NCBI GenBank assembly: GCA_040755995.1
Contig: JBFMAF010000049.1
Location: 96,001-160,000 of the forward strand
DNA: 64,000 nt
Direction of reading: 5' to 3'
Source: Acidobacteriota bacterium
GTDB taxonomy: Bacteria > Acidobacteriota > CAIWXX01
The notes under the pieces were generated by a model, which did not search any database, was not told where the DNA came from, and saw nothing but the letters and a program-made list of their open reading frames with translations. The position numbers and the translations under genes are program-made. The first letter of the stretch is position 1. Every line of letters begins with the position of its first letter. Positions 22,177 through 34,257 of the stretch are shown here, in pieces.

Positions 22177-22438
22177 CGTCTCCTCCTTAGGGTTCTCAGC
22201 TTCCGAGCCTGCGATTCTCACACAGATCGCACGCAGACACAATGAAGGCCTCATTGCTCATGCCGTTAGGGACTACGCATCCAAGAGATGCGGCGGTGCT
22301 TTCAGGAGGCGAAACGGCGAAACGGAGAATCGGAGAGAGGGAGAAAGGGGAAGCGGTGAGGGGGTCGCGGTGGGTCTCCGTGTCACCGCGTCCGCAGCCG
22401 TGAGCAGGCGCTGTTGCTGGCAACCACAGAGTCGCTAG

Positions 22439-22486
22439 AAAAAGTGAACCGCCAGAGGTCACCGCGCGTTCGACCCCTGGCGGTTC
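22439..22486 (-). terminator. Intrinsic terminator
   Basis: GAACCGCCAG...CTGGCGGTTC 10-bp perfect stem followed by ACTTTTT. Confidence 0.8.
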
Positions 22487-22710
22487 GGCCAACCCGTTGC
22501 TTTGATGGTGTCTGCGCTCTATCTGTGCCCGACGGCCTCATTTCCGAGTGCCCGCGGTTATCGCTACAGCGGCGCCTGCCCATCAGTCCGATTGATGTCG
22601 GACTCTGTCACAACCCGTTCCCTCGCAGCTCCTAGGCACTGCTCCGGAACGTCTTTCAAGCGGCCAGATTCGCTTTTGCTCTCTAGCTACTCTCCTTTGG
22701 TTAGGCCTCT
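22439..22710 (-). ncRNA. Unassigned structured RNA (~270 nt including terminator)
   Basis: Own promoter, nested complementary stems, closing helix, intrinsic terminator, no credible ORF. Confidence 0.7.
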
Positions 22711-22716
22711 GCGTAG

Positions 22717-22745
22717 AATATAGACAGCGCATCGGCACTTGTCAA
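22717..22745 (-). promoter_or_regulatory. sigma70 promoter of the ncRNA
   Basis: TTGACA-17-TATATT. Confidence 0.8.
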
Positions 22746-22758
22746 GGTCGTTCTGTGA

Positions 22759-22825
22759 AAATACAGCGCCTCACACATCGCGTCGACTTGTTGAAACTGT
22801 TGCGGACTCATGACGCCCTGTATAG
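22759..22825 (+). mobile_element. 67-bp miniature inverted-repeat element, copy B
   Basis: ATACAGCGCCTCA...TGACGCCCTGTAT; 53/65 identical to copy C by hand count. Confidence 0.8.
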
Positions 22826-22834
22826 ACTCGTGAA

Positions 22835-23641
22835 ATGCGGCGCGCGGTCGAACACGCGGAAACAGCCCGGCCAGGCCGGGCGCTCCTGGGCAAGGCATGC
22901 CTGGTCACCGGCGCAGGCCGTGACCTGAGCGCTGCCATCGCTGACGGGCTGGCCCGTGAGGGGGCGCTCCTGGGAATTCACTACAACCGTAGTAAAGCCG
23001 GCGCCATGCGCCTCCAGCGGCAGATCATCCGGCGAGGCGGCATCGCTCACGTGGTGCAAGCAGACCTTCGCGACGAGACCGCCGTCCGGCGCATGGTTCG
23101 GCAGGCGCACCGCCTGCTCGGAAGGATCGACATTCTCGTGAACAGCGCCGGCCTGTTCTATCGATCCGACCTGTTCGATACTCCGATGCGCTCGCTGGAC
23201 CTGCTCTTCGACCTGAATCTGAAGGCGGCGCTGATTTGCGCGCGCGAGTGTGCCGCGGTCATGACGAGACAGGGGAGCGGCTGCATAGTCAACATCTCGT
23301 CGCTCGGCGCCTTCGAGGCGTGGCCGGGCTACCTGGGCTACTGCGCTTCGAAGGCGGCCCTTGTCTCCGCGACGCGAACGATGGCACTCCAGCTCGCTCC
23401 TGCCATCACCGTCAATTCAGTCGCACCGGGGTTCATCGATCTCCCGTCGGAGCTGAGCCTCGCTGCCAGGCGTCGCATTATCGCCAAGATCCCGGCCGCA
23501 CGCCTCGGGAGCTATGACGACGTCGTGGGGGCCGTGCTGTACCTGTGCCGGTCCCCGTACGTCACCGGACAGGTGCTGCTCGTTGACGGCGGCGCGTCGA
23601 TCAGGCACCAGGCGCCAGGAATAAGCGACCGGTACCGGTAA
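22835..23641 (+). CDS. SDR oxidoreductase, pteridine reductase/FolM-like
   Basis: LVTGAG, IHYNRS, NSAG, YCASK, VTGQVLLVDGG. Confidence 0.85.
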   Translation: MRRAVEHAETARPGRALLGKACLVTGAGRDLSAAIADGLAREGALLGIHYNRSKAGAMRLQRQIIRRGGIAHVVQADLRDETAVRRMVRQAHRLLGRIDILVNSAGLFYRSDLFDTPMRSLDLLFDLNLKAALICARECAAVMTRQGSGCIVNISSLGAFEAWPGYLGYCASKAALVSATRTMALQLAPAITVNSVAPGFIDLPSELSLAARRRIIAKIPAARLGSYDDVVGAVLYLCRSPYVTGQVLLVDGGASIRHQAPGISDRYR

Positions 23642-23676
23642 CAGTCTCCGTCTCGCCGGCCGGCGCCTCCACGCGG

Positions 23677-25350
23677 CTACTTGATGATCGTCACCGAGCT
23701 CTCCGGCGACAGGTCAGAAAGGTTTTGAACGCTGTCGTAGCATCGGAGGCGGAAGTAGTATGTCGTGTCGTACTGGAGGTCGGTGACCCAGTAGGCGGTC
23801 TTGTTCCCGAGATCGACGGTGCGATCATAGACGTTGGGTCTGGTCCCGTACTGGAGTATGTAGCCGGCACGATCGGATTCGGCGTTGGGCGGCCACGTCA
23901 GCTTCGCCTTCTTCTTGGTTCCGACCTGCTCGCTCGAGAGACTCTCGGGCGCCCTGGGAGCCAGTGTCTTTATGAGCCCCCACCACTTCTGGCCCATCAG
24001 TTGAAATCCGCGGGCGTTAGGGTGGACCTTGTCCGTCATCAAGGTGTATGCGTAGTTCGGATCCGCGATGAATGCGTTGTAGATGTCCACGTAGCCGAGG
24101 CGATCGTCGATGATCAGCTTGCGGATCAGCTCGTTGGTCGCGCGCGTGTGATATCCGGTAGGATCGAAGTCGTCGTCGCGGCCGCGAGGCAGGAGTGTCG
24201 AGAGTAGAGCCGTCGTCCCTGCTCCAACGCACTTCTGGGTCATCGCGCGCAGGTTGTCGCGCGTGGTTGCGGGCGTAATGGCGGAATGCCTCGTCACGTC
24301 ATTCGTCCCTTCCATCAGCAAGACGTACGCCGGGCGAATCGAGCTCAGCACGCCAGGCAGTCGCGCCAGCCCCTCCGCGGTGATCTCGCCGCCGAACCCC
24401 TCGTTGAAGACCTGCGTCGGGCCGTACCCCTGCGAAAGCAGATCGATGAGAGTGGGGTAGTAACCCACGCGAGTGCTCTGGCTGTGGTCTTCAGGAGTGT
24501 TTCCCTCGGTGATCGAATCGCCGAATCCGCAGAAGCTGTTCACAGCGGCGGCGGCCGCCGGTCGAGTCCGGGGCGGCTCCGCAACTGGCTCGACGATCGT
24601 TCCATCGGCCAGCAGGGGCGTTTCCATCGCGCGCCTGCCTGTGCCGTCGTTGTGAACCCAGCAAAGCAGCCGGCCGCCGGACTCATCCTGCCGGATGCTC
24701 GGGAGGATGTCGGCCGCGCCGGAGTCATGCGTGACCGCCCTCTCGGGCGCGAAGCGCGGAGGCGATCCGGCAAGCCCCGTCACGGCGTAGATCTCGTAGT
24801 CCTCTCCGTCATAGCCGGAGTAGGCAACTAGAATCCGGCCTTCCGAGACCGAGATGGCCGGCATCGTGCGAGGCTCGTTGATACCGGCCGGTGAGAGCAG
24901 AACGGGGCGGCTCCAGGCGCCGGCTTCTCTACATATGTAGTAAACACGCTCGTGGCCGTCCTCGACCGCCGTGATCGCCATGTGCAGGGCCCCTCCCGAT
25001 TCGGTCGCGCTCAAGCCGCCGATCGAGTCGAATGCCGCGACGTCGTGGAAGGCGGGCCGGGCGCTCACGTCGGATATGTCCGCCTCCTCGATCGCCTCGC
25101 CGCCGGCGCGGCGGATCTTGAAGAGGGCGGTCGAGCCCGCGAGCACGACGTAGTCCGCTCCCGGGCGATCCCAGAGCGCCCTGAGGCCGTTGGGGGTCTG
25201 CCTCAACAGGGAGACTCCTCGTTCGGTCTCGGCCAGCACATAGGCGCCGCCGCGCAAAGGGATCGCGTTTTGGATCTCGGACCGCTCGTCATTCGGCGCG
25301 GCGCCGAGCAGCGCCGGAGCCAGCCACAGACAGAGGGACCACCTGAGCAT
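23677..25350 (-). CDS. Secreted SGNH/GDSL hydrolase with C-terminal fibronectin type III domain
   Basis: FGDSITEG, EGTND, DKVHP; FN3-like C-terminus. Confidence 0.85.
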   Translation of the reverse strand: MLRWSLCLWLAPALLGAAPNDERSEIQNAIPLRGGAYVLAETERGVSLLRQTPNGLRALWDRPGADYVVLAGSTALFKIRRAGGEAIEEADISDVSARPAFHDVAAFDSIGGLSATESGGALHMAITAVEDGHERVYYICREAGAWSRPVLLSPAGINEPRTMPAISVSEGRILVAYSGYDGEDYEIYAVTGLAGSPPRFAPERAVTHDSGAADILPSIRQDESGGRLLCWVHNDGTGRRAMETPLLADGTIVEPVAEPPRTRPAAAAAVNSFCGFGDSITEGNTPEDHSQSTRVGYYPTLIDLLSQGYGPTQVFNEGFGGEITAEGLARLPGVLSSIRPAYVLLMEGTNDVTRHSAITPATTRDNLRAMTQKCVGAGTTALLSTLLPRGRDDDFDPTGYHTRATNELIRKLIIDDRLGYVDIYNAFIADPNYAYTLMTDKVHPNARGFQLMGQKWWGLIKTLAPRAPESLSSEQVGTKKKAKLTWPPNAESDRAGYILQYGTRPNVYDRTVDLGNKTAYWVTDLQYDTTYYFRLRCYDSVQNLSDLSPESSVTIIK

Positions 25351-25367
25351 GTTCTCGATATCTCCTT

Positions 25368-26212
<845 letters not shown>

Positions 26213-26216
<4 letters not shown>

Positions 26217-28030
26217 TGCCGTTTCTCCAGTGTGACGTTGACGGTCATCTGTTGTTCCCCGCGCAGGACTACCACCTCGACCACCTGCCCGGGCTTGTGG
26301 GCCTTGAGTGTGTATGAAAAATCGTAAAGATTCCTGATCTCCTGGCCGGCGAATCTGATGAGAATGTCGCCCGCCTTGAGGCCGGCCTTGGCGGCCGGCG
26401 ATCCATCCTTCACGTCGGCGAACTTGACGCCGCGCACCTCCTCGCCGAAGTCCGGAATGGAACCGAAGTATGCTCCGTATCCACCTCCGCCCGAGCGTCC
26501 CGTCGGCGGTGCAGACTCTGCCACGCGCACGAAAGCGGGTCGCTCCGGCAGCGTCGAAATACCGTCGATGATCTGGTAGACCATCTTGACGACCTTCTCG
26601 GAACCCGGCCCGTCTATCTTGTCCCAGGTGTCGGACGGCTTGTGATAGTCCGCGTGCAGCCCGGAGAAGAAGAACAGCACCGGGACTCCGTGACTGACGA
26701 AGGAAGTCTGATCGGATGCGCTGTAGCCGGAGGCTGATGTAACGGCCTCCATGGCCGTCGTCTTGCAGGCAGATTGCACCAGACCGTCGAAAGCCGGCGA
26801 TGTTCCGACTCCGGTGACGTAAATCTTGTTCGACTTGGGCCGCCCGACCATGTCCATGTTGATCATGGCGGCGATTTCTGCGAGGGGCACCGGCGGGTTC
26901 TTGACCAGGTAGGCGGAGCCCAGAAGGCCGATCTCCTCTCCCGCGAATGCGGCGAACAGCAGCGACCTGCGCGGCGACTGGTTCGCGAAGGCCTGCGCGA
27001 GCTCCAGGAGGCCCGCCACTCCGGAAGCGTTGTCGTCGGCGCCGTGGTGCGGCTGGCCGATGAACCGGGGCGCAAGCGAGTTCTTCTCACCGAGCCCCAG
27101 GTGATCGTAGTGCGCGCCCACGACGATCCACTCATCGATCCGGCCCGGGACCTCGGCGGCCACGTTGCGTACCGGCTTCCGCGTCTTGCTCGCGGTGAGG
27201 TCGATCGACGCGCTCATCTGCGGAAGGGAGAAGCTCTGAGGCTTCAGGTCACGGTCGATTGCGGCGTGTATCGCCGAAAAATCTTTGCCGGCGGCTGCGA
27301 GCAGGGACTTGATCACCGGCAGATGAACGGCGACCACCGGCAGTCCCCAGTCTTCGGCGATGCCGCCTTCTTTGAACGGCGGAAGCGCCTCGCGCTCATC
27401 CTCGGCGTGAGAAGGATCCGCCACGACGATGACTCCTTTGGCGCCGTGCATGCGGGCATTGAGCGCCTTGCTGGTGAGGGTCGACTGGAGGGCCAGCGGA
27501 TCCTCGCCTGCTTCCACCTTCTCCTTCTCGCGCGGGGCGTGCGTCATCACGACGACGATCTTGTCCTTGACGTCCACATCCTTGAAATCATCATAAGGGG
27601 GGTTTTCGGTGGCAATCCCATATCCGACGAATACCAGGTCGGCCGAAACCTGGTTGGTCTCTCCGAGCCCGAGCGGGAGGAAATCAGAAAAGAGCTTCAG
27701 GCGCTCTTGCTGATCTCCGCGTCGCAGGACGACACTGCTCTCGGGCGCGAAATCAGTGCGGACCGTGATGTCGAACGCCTGGAAGTAGCTGGTGTTGCCG
27801 AATGCGGGCCGGAGTCCGTAGCTCTTGAACTGCTGAGCTATGTAGTCGGCCGCCAGGTCGAGCTCCGGTGAGCCGTTGCCGCGGCCGCGCATGTCGTCAG
27901 CCGCGAGCTTGCGGATGTGCGCCACCAGCTCGTCCGAGTGGACGGACTGCTGCCCGTTCTGTTCGGCGGCCGAGAGGCCGGCAGCGAGCGCGGCCGCGCC
28001 GAGCAGGAGGGTCGTGATCCCTTGCCTCAT
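26213..28030 (-). CDS. M28 family aminopeptidase with PA and PDZ domains
   Basis: GAHYDHLG, GADDNASG, GEEIGLLGS, NMDMVG, DYH; C-terminal PDZ. Confidence 0.93.
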
Positions 28031-28173
28031 GAAGGGCCTTTCGACCCCGACCGCGTGGAGTGCGGAACGGCCATGGGGATCAGTGCGGCCACCGGCTACG
28101 GGCAGTCACTCGCTGCTCCTCAATTCTCACTTTCGCGTTGCACCGCCGATGGCACAGCAAGCGAACTATGCGC

Positions 28174-28764
28174 CTAGTTCTTCTTCGGCTCGGGCGCGGG
28201 CGGCGGCGTGGGCTGCTCCGGCCTGGCCTCATTCTTCTGCTTGTCCTTCGCCTCCGGAGCCGGCTGCTCAGTTGTGGCCGTCTCGTCCTTCTTGCCTTCC
28301 TTGGCCGCCGGCGCCTTCTCTGGCTTCGGCGTCTCTTCCTTCAAGAACCGCTTTCCTGCCTCTGCCCAGAACACCGTCGCCTGCTCCTTGCTCAGGTTCT
28401 TGGAGAAATCCAGGTAGAACTGAACCGCCGCGGACACCTCCGTCAGTTCAGCCGCCATGATCTCCTTCACCTTTGCATCGATTGCGGCCGCATCGGTCTT
28501 CTCGGCCTTCATCAGCTCCACGAGCTCTTTCTGCTTGGTAGCCGTCTGGGCTATGAGGTCCTTGACCTTGCCCTGATAGACGTCCTTCAATGACCTGTAC
28601 TTGTTCACCTGCTCGTCAGTCAGTTTCAGCGTGTCCTTCATCTGCCTGAGGTCTTCGAGAGGGACGATCTTGGTGAACTCGACAGCGGGCTTCGCAGCGA
28701 TACAAGTGGCGACAAACGCCACGATCAACACCATGCCCAGTACTGTGCCTCTTGTGTTGCCCAT
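28174..28764 (-). CDS. Spy/CpxP-like periplasmic helical protein
   Basis: Signal peptide; LKLTDEQ and LSKEQ (LTxxQ-like) motifs. Confidence 0.65.
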   Translation of the reverse strand: MGNTRGTVLGMVLIVAFVATCIAAKPAVEFTKIVPLEDLRQMKDTLKLTDEQVNKYRSLKDVYQGKVKDLIAQTATKQKELVELMKAEKTDAAAIDAKVKEIMAAELTEVSAAVQFYLDFSKNLSKEQATVFWAEAGKRFLKEETPKPEKAPAAKEGKKDETATTEQPAPEAKDKQKNEARPEQPTPPPAPEPKKN

Positions 28765-28921
28765 CTTATCCATTCCTCCATTATCAAATCGCACGTGCCG
28801 GAATCTACCACAAAGCCATCGAGTGGGCAATTTGCCGAGGCGGCTTTCGACGCCCGAGAGGCGCGCGGCTGGGTAGAGATGAGCGCAGGGCTCGTGACCG
28901 TGCAACGGCCACCTGATGCGC

Positions 28922-30001
28922 CTACGCGATCGTCACCTCGCGGCAAAGGTAGACGTCCTGGATGGCGTTCAGGATCGCGACCCCGTCTCTGAGCGGGCGC
29001 TGGAACGCCTTCCGGCCCGAGATCAGCCCCATACCTCCGGCCCGCTTGTTGATCACGGCGGTCCGCACGGCCTCGGCCAGGTCGCTCTCGCCTGCCGCGG
29101 CTCCTCCCGAGTTGATTAGGCCCGCCCTGCCTGCGTAGCAGTTCAGCACCTGGTATCGAGTCATGTCGATTGGATGATCACCACTCAGATCGGTGTAGAC
29201 TTTCTTGTGAGTCTTGCCGAAATTCAACGCGGTGTATCCGCCGTCGCACTCCGGGAGCTTCTGCTTTATGATGTCGGCTTTGAGGGTGACGCCGAGGTGG
29301 TTGGCCTGTCCGGTCAGGTCTGCCGCGACATGGTAGTCGGCCTGGGCGGTCTTGAATGCCGGGTTCCGCATGTAGCACCACAACACGGTGATCATGCCGA
29401 GCGAGTGTGCGGCCTCGAAGGCTTCAGCAGTTTCCTGGATCTGACGCGTAGACTCAGCGGAACCGAAGTATATCGTGGCGCCCAACCCGATCGCTCCCAG
29501 GTTCCACGCCTCGCGCGCCCTTCCGAAGAAAATCTGGTCGTAGCGATTGGGGTAGGAGAGGAACTCGTTGTGGTTCGCCTTCACGATAAACGGGATTCTG
29601 TGGGCGAATTTCCTGGAGCACATCGCCAGAACGCCAAATGTGGAGGCCACCGCATTGCACCCCCCTTCGATCGCGAGGCCCACGATTCCCTCCGGGTCGA
29701 AGCAGACCGGGTTGGGAGCGAAGGAAGCGCCCGCCGAGTGCTCGATGCCCTGGTCCACCGGGAGGATCGACACATAACCTGTGCCGGAAAGACGCCCGTG
29801 GTCCAGGAGGGCCTGCAGGTTGCGCAGCACCTGCGGAGATCGATCCGTCTGTACGAACACGCGGTCGACGAAGTCCGGGCCCGGCAGGCAGAGACTCTCC
29901 TTCGCCACCTTCGGCGTGTGATCGAGGAGCGTCCCGGCATCCTTGCCCACGAGTTCTCTGATCCGGTCAATTCCGAGGGCCCCGCTTGCAGGCATTGTCA
30001 T
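28922..30001 (-). CDS. fbaB: Class I fructose-bisphosphate aldolase
   Basis: [35 protein letters not shown]. Confidence 0.96.
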   Translation of the reverse strand: MTMPASGALGIDRIRELVGKDAGTLLDHTPKVAKESLCLPGPDFVDRVFVQTDRSPQVLRNLQALLDHGRLSGTGYVSILPVDQGIEHSAGASFAPNPVCFDPEGIVGLAIEGGCNAVASTFGVLAMCSRKFAHRIPFIVKANHNEFLSYPNRYDQIFFGRAREAWNLGAIGLGATIYFGSAESTRQIQETAEAFEAAHSLGMITVLWCYMRNPAFKTAQADYHVAADLTGQANHLGVTLKADIIKQKLPECDGGYTALNFGKTHKKVYTDLSGDHPIDMTRYQVLNCYAGRAGLINSGGAAAGESDLAEAVRTAVINKRAGGMGLISGRKAFQRPLRDGVAILNAIQDVYLCREVTIA

Positions 30002-30131
30002 CCTCCTGTTAGTGTAGTTTGTTCCCAGGGTGTCTCGCTTCTCCAGGATAATCCAATATAATCACGTGGATGCCGGCAGTCAAATGCCCGGTCCGGACGC
30101 GTGGGCAAATCGCCCGCGACAGGAGCGATCG

Positions 30132-30833
30132 TTGAAGCTGTTGTTGTTCGACATCGACGGGACATTGTTGGGAAGCCGCACGGGCATCGGCCGCCACGCT
30201 CTGGAAATGGCATTCCGCAAGGTGATCGGCAGGACGGTCGAGATCCCGCTGGCCCGATGCGCAGGCAGGCCGGATCCGTATATCGTGGACAAGACATTCG
30301 AGGCGGAGTCGCTGCCGGTGGATCCGCGCACCAGAGCAGATGTTCTCAGAGAGTATATCAAGATACTCGAACGCGACTACTCCATAGAGAACGGAGCCTT
30401 CGCCTACCCGGGTGTCGAGCGGCTCCTGGAGGAGCTCGGCCGCCGTGCCGATACGGTGACGGGTCTGTTAACCGGCAACGTCCGCGAAGGCGCCAGGATC
30501 AAGCTCAGCGTATTCGACCTCTGGAAGTACTTCGCAGTCGGGGCATTCGGATCGGACAGCGATGACAGGGCGGCCCTTCCCCCGATCGCGATTAAGCGCG
30601 CTCAGGACAGCACCGGGCACCGCTACGCGCCTCGCGACGTGTATGTCATCGGCGACACGATCCACGATGTGCGCGCCGGCCAGGCGCACAGTCTCGTCAC
30701 AATCGCCGTGGGCACGCATCAGGAGTGGGTCGACGAGATGATAGCCGCTCGTCCCGATCACTTCCTCAGCAGTCTCGCGGATTTCGACGGCTTCATCGCG
30801 GCCATCGACGGAGAGCGACAGCCGGCGGTGTAG
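30132..30833 (+). CDS. HAD-superfamily hydrolase
   Basis: LFDIDGTL, LTGN, GAFGSD, IGDTIHD; AGGAG before TTG start. Confidence 0.9.
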   Translation: MKLLLFDIDGTLLGSRTGIGRHALEMAFRKVIGRTVEIPLARCAGRPDPYIVDKTFEAESLPVDPRTRADVLREYIKILERDYSIENGAFAYPGVERLLEELGRRADTVTGLLTGNVREGARIKLSVFDLWKYFAVGAFGSDSDDRAALPPIAIKRAQDSTGHRYAPRDVYVIGDTIHDVRAGQAHSLVTIAVGTHQEWVDEMIAARPDHFLSSLADFDGFIAAIDGERQPAV

Positions 30834-31039
30834 CCCCGCTTCGGAGCAGGGGACACAAGTTCCAATTCGAGTGCGACGCGGAGACGCGGTGACCCGGCGA
30901 CGCGGTGAGAGGGCGACACGGAGAGGCGGCGACGCGGTGAAGAGGTGCAGCGCCCAAGGCCTGAGGCCATCCCGGCGAGCAGCATGTCACACACACCGTG
31001 CCGACAGGGTCAATCGGTTGCGGACTTGTGACGCGCCGT

Positions 31040-34015
31040 TTAGCGCCTGCCGCGCGCCTCAATCGCCTCCTGCAACGCCTGGCTCAAGTCCTCGATCTTG
31101 TACGGCTTGGCCACGACACCGCAGAATCCATGCTCGCGGAACTCCGCCATCACCGGGTCGTTGGAGTATCCGCTGGACACGATCGCGCGAACCCCAGGGT
31201 CGATCTGCCGAAGCATGGCGAGGGCTTCCTTGCCTCCGATGCCGCCCGGGACGGTAAGGTCGAGGATTACTGCATCGAACAGCTTGCCTTCCCGCACGGA
31301 TTGTTGATAGCGGTCTACCGCCTCTCGGCCGCTGGCGGCGAGCGCGATCTCGTAGCCGAGATACTCCAGCATCTCGCCGGCCGTCTCTCGAATGATCTCC
31401 TCGTCGTCCATTATCAGAATCCTGCCCTTGCCGCGCTGCAGGCGGTCCTTCTCCGATCCGGCCGGTTCCAGCATCTTCTCGGATGCCGGCAGATAGACGT
31501 AAACGGTGGTGCCGGCGCCAACCCTGGATTGGACCCTGATGTATCCATCGTGCCGGCGAACGATCGAGTAGGCGGTGGTCAGTCCCAGGCCGCTCCCTTT
31601 CTGCTTCGTTGTGAAGTACGGATCGAACACCTTCTCCAGGTATTCCTCCGGGATCCCGATCCCGCGGTCCTGGATCGAAACCATGATGTACCGGCCTGCC
31701 GGCAACGGCACCTGCGTGTTGTCGCGCAGGACCACGTTCTCCGCCTTTACCGCGATGACACCGCCCTCGGGCATTGCCTGGTCCGCGTTGATGACGAGGT
31801 TGTTGATCACCTGGCTTATCTGTCCCGGGTCGATCTCTACGGGCCACAGATCTTCCGAGACGGCGTAGTCGCAGCGCACGTTGGAACCGCTGAGCGCGAA
31901 GGAGACCGTTTCACGCAGAAGCTCGCGCATCGATGCGATCTGCTTGATCGGCGCGCCGCCCCGGGAGAACGTGAGCAGTTGTTGGGTGAGGTCCTTCGCG
32001 CGCAGCGTCGCACGCTCTGCCTCCGAGAGCCGCTCGAAGATCTTGTCCGACGGGTCGAAGTGTACTTTGGATAGCGAGATATTCCCGAGTATCGCGGTCA
32101 GGATGTTGTTGAAGTCGTGGGCGATTCCCCCGGCCAGGATGCTGATCGACTCCAGCTTTCGGGCCTCCAGAAGCTCGTCTTCGATTTTCCGCTGCAGGCT
32201 GATGTCGCGGAAAACGAGCACGGTCCCTATGATCCGGCTGTCTCGGTCGAATATCGGCGAGGCGCTGTCCGCGACCAATCTCTCCTGCCCGTCGCGAGAC
32301 ACGAGGACAACCTGGCTCGGCAGGTGCGTGGCGCCTCCGCCCATCAGTATCTGTTCGACAGGATTGCCCAGAGGCTCGCGCGTCTTCCGATCGATGACGC
32401 AAAAGACCTCTTCCAGTTGCTTTCCCTTCGCCTCTCGCTGGGTCCATCCCGTCAACGCCTCGGCGACCTTGTTGATCAGCGCGACGCGGCCGCGCGTGTC
32501 GGTGGTGATCACGCCGTCGCCGATGCTGCGGAGCGTGACGGCCAGGTGCTCCTTCTCGGCGGCCAGGGCATCGATCGCGCGCTTGCGATCGATGGCCACC
32601 GCCGTCTGCTCGGAGATGAACACCAGAACGTCCTTCTCCGTCTCCGTGTACCGCAGCCCCTCCACGTAAGTCTGCACCGCCATCACGCCTATCACCTTGT
32701 CGTGTGCCTTGAGTGGCACGCCGAGCCAGTCGACTGACGGTTCGCCTATGCTCTCGCATTCGCCCTGTCTGGCCAGCTCCTCGAACACCTCCGGCAATGC
32801 CAACAGCGGCTGGCGCGTCCTCAGGACATACTCGGTCAGCCCCTTTCCGGGCTTTCGCGGGGGCGGTGCCGGCTCGTGCTCCGAGAACCAGTACGGGAAC
32901 GTGATAAGGTCGTTCTCCGAATCGTACAGCGCAATGTAGAAATCCTTGGCCGACATGAGCCCGTCGACGATCTGGTGGATCTCCCTGAACAGCTCCTCAA
33001 GATTGGATGCCGATAGAGCCGTTTCGGAGATTCGGTGAATCGAGCTTTCCATCCGCTCGGCCCTTTGCTTCTCGGTGATATCGCGCACGATGGATAGGAC
33101 CGAGCCCTCGTCCAACGCGACGATGCGGTCTTCGAAGTATCGATACCCGATCGGGGTCTTGAGCGCGTATTCGAATGTCTCGATGGTGCCACCGGTGATC
33201 GCCCGCTCGATGCTGGAGAAAGCGGCATCGAGATACTGAGGCGCAAGGCCGATGTCACGGATGTTCGTCCCGATCACCGCATCTCGGGGCACGGCGAGCA
33301 TCGCATCGTTGCTGGCGCTGAACGACCGCACCGTCCCATCACGGGCGATCACGAACATCAGATCGGGAATAGCCTCGAGCAGCGCCTTGTACCTCCTCTC
33401 GCTTCCTCCCAGCGCAGCCTCCGCCCTTTCACGCTTGATGATGTCGAGGCGGAGCTGCTCGTTGGTTCTTTCGAGCTGCGCAGTGCGCTCCTTGACGAGC
33501 TCCTCGAGCCGGTCCCTGTACCTCCTCAGCTCCTCCTCCGCCCGTTTCCGTTCGGTGATGTCGCGCGCCGTGGTGATCACCGTGATCACTTCTCCAGTGG
33601 CCGAGACCTCGGGGAACAGCATCCAGTCGATCCAGATGTGGTTGGGCAGCTCGAACTCGACGCGGTTCGCCTGCCCTGACACGAACACCTTTTCCAGAGC
33701 TTCTTCCCACACGCGGACCAGGTGCGCTGGAAACCCGATCTCAGCGTGTGTCCGGCCGATGAAATCCTTCGGCGCGATCCCGGTCTGGGATTCCACAACC
33801 GGGTTGACGTACAGGTGCCGGTACTGGCGGTCGAATCGCATTATCACGTCGCACGAGTTCTCCGCCAGCGCCCGGAAGTGATCCGCAACCTGCGAAGGCT
33901 CGGCACCGCGATCCCCACCAGGCCCCGCCGCGCCTGTCGCCCGCAACCGGTCCAACTCGCTACGAAGCCGATCCAGCTCCGCCCTCATCTCCGCTGCAGT
34001 ATTCGTTTCATTCAT
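31040..34015 (-). CDS. Hybrid sensor histidine kinase (PAS-PAS-GAF-PAS-HisKA-HATPase-REC)
   Basis: AHDFNNIL, NLVINA, DRGIGI, GSGLGL, MDDE, LDLTVPG. Confidence 0.95.
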   Translation of the reverse strand: MNETNTAAEMRAELDRLRSELDRLRATGAAGPGGDRGAEPSQVADHFRALAENSCDVIMRFDRQYRHLYVNPVVESQTGIAPKDFIGRTHAEIGFPAHLVRVWEEALEKVFVSGQANRVEFELPNHIWIDWMLFPEVSATGEVITVITTARDITERKRAEEELRRYRDRLEELVKERTAQLERTNEQLRLDIIKRERAEAALGGSERRYKALLEAIPDLMFVIARDGTVRSFSASNDAMLAVPRDAVIGTNIRDIGLAPQYLDAAFSSIERAITGGTIETFEYALKTPIGYRYFEDRIVALDEGSVLSIVRDITEKQRAERMESSIHRISETALSASNLEELFREIHQIVDGLMSAKDFYIALYDSENDLITFPYWFSEHEPAPPPRKPGKGLTEYVLRTRQPLLALPEVFEELARQGECESIGEPSVDWLGVPLKAHDKVIGVMAVQTYVEGLRYTETEKDVLVFISEQTAVAIDRKRAIDALAAEKEHLAVTLRSIGDGVITTDTRGRVALINKVAEALTGWTQREAKGKQLEEVFCVIDRKTREPLGNPVEQILMGGGATHLPSQVVLVSRDGQERLVADSASPIFDRDSRIIGTVLVFRDISLQRKIEDELLEARKLESISILAGGIAHDFNNILTAILGNISLSKVHFDPSDKIFERLSEAERATLRAKDLTQQLLTFSRGGAPIKQIASMRELLRETVSFALSGSNVRCDYAVSEDLWPVEIDPGQISQVINNLVINADQAMPEGGVIAVKAENVVLRDNTQVPLPAGRYIMVSIQDRGIGIPEEYLEKVFDPYFTTKQKGSGLGLTTAYSIVRRHDGYIRVQSRVGAGTTVYVYLPASEKMLEPAGSEKDRLQRGKGRILIMDDEEIIRETAGEMLEYLGYEIALAASGREAVDRYQQSVREGKLFDAVILDLTVPGGIGGKEALAMLRQIDPGVRAIVSSGYSNDPVMAEFREHGFCGVVAKPYKIEDLSQALQEAIEARGRR

Positions 34016-34163
34016 CACGGCCTCATCCCAAGGATCATAGATGAAGACCCGCACGAGGGCAAGAAACCGGACGTGAAGGCGCGGAAGCGAACGGCAGGCT
34101 GACAAGGATCCGTTCACGCTAACGTCGACGTACACGAACGGACGGCGAATGCCTCCGGATCGC

Positions 34164-34230
34164 CGATACAGCGCCTCATACACTGCGCCTACTCTTCGAA
34201 TCTGTTGTGGACTGATGACGCGCTGTATAG
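34164..34230 (+). mobile_element. 67-bp miniature inverted-repeat element, copy C
   Basis: ATACAGCGCCTCAT...ATGACGCGCTGTAT. Confidence 0.8.
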
Positions 34231-34257
34231 AATGGCACGGATTCGACGGAGGTAGAG

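Noticed and set aside
22487..22710. Cobalamin, lysine or T-box identity for the ncRNA
   Set aside because: Only fragments match (AGGGAA, CGCCGCUGUA, AGUA, AGAGAG); the GGUG..AAUCC loop, B12 box and UGGNACC antiterminator are missing
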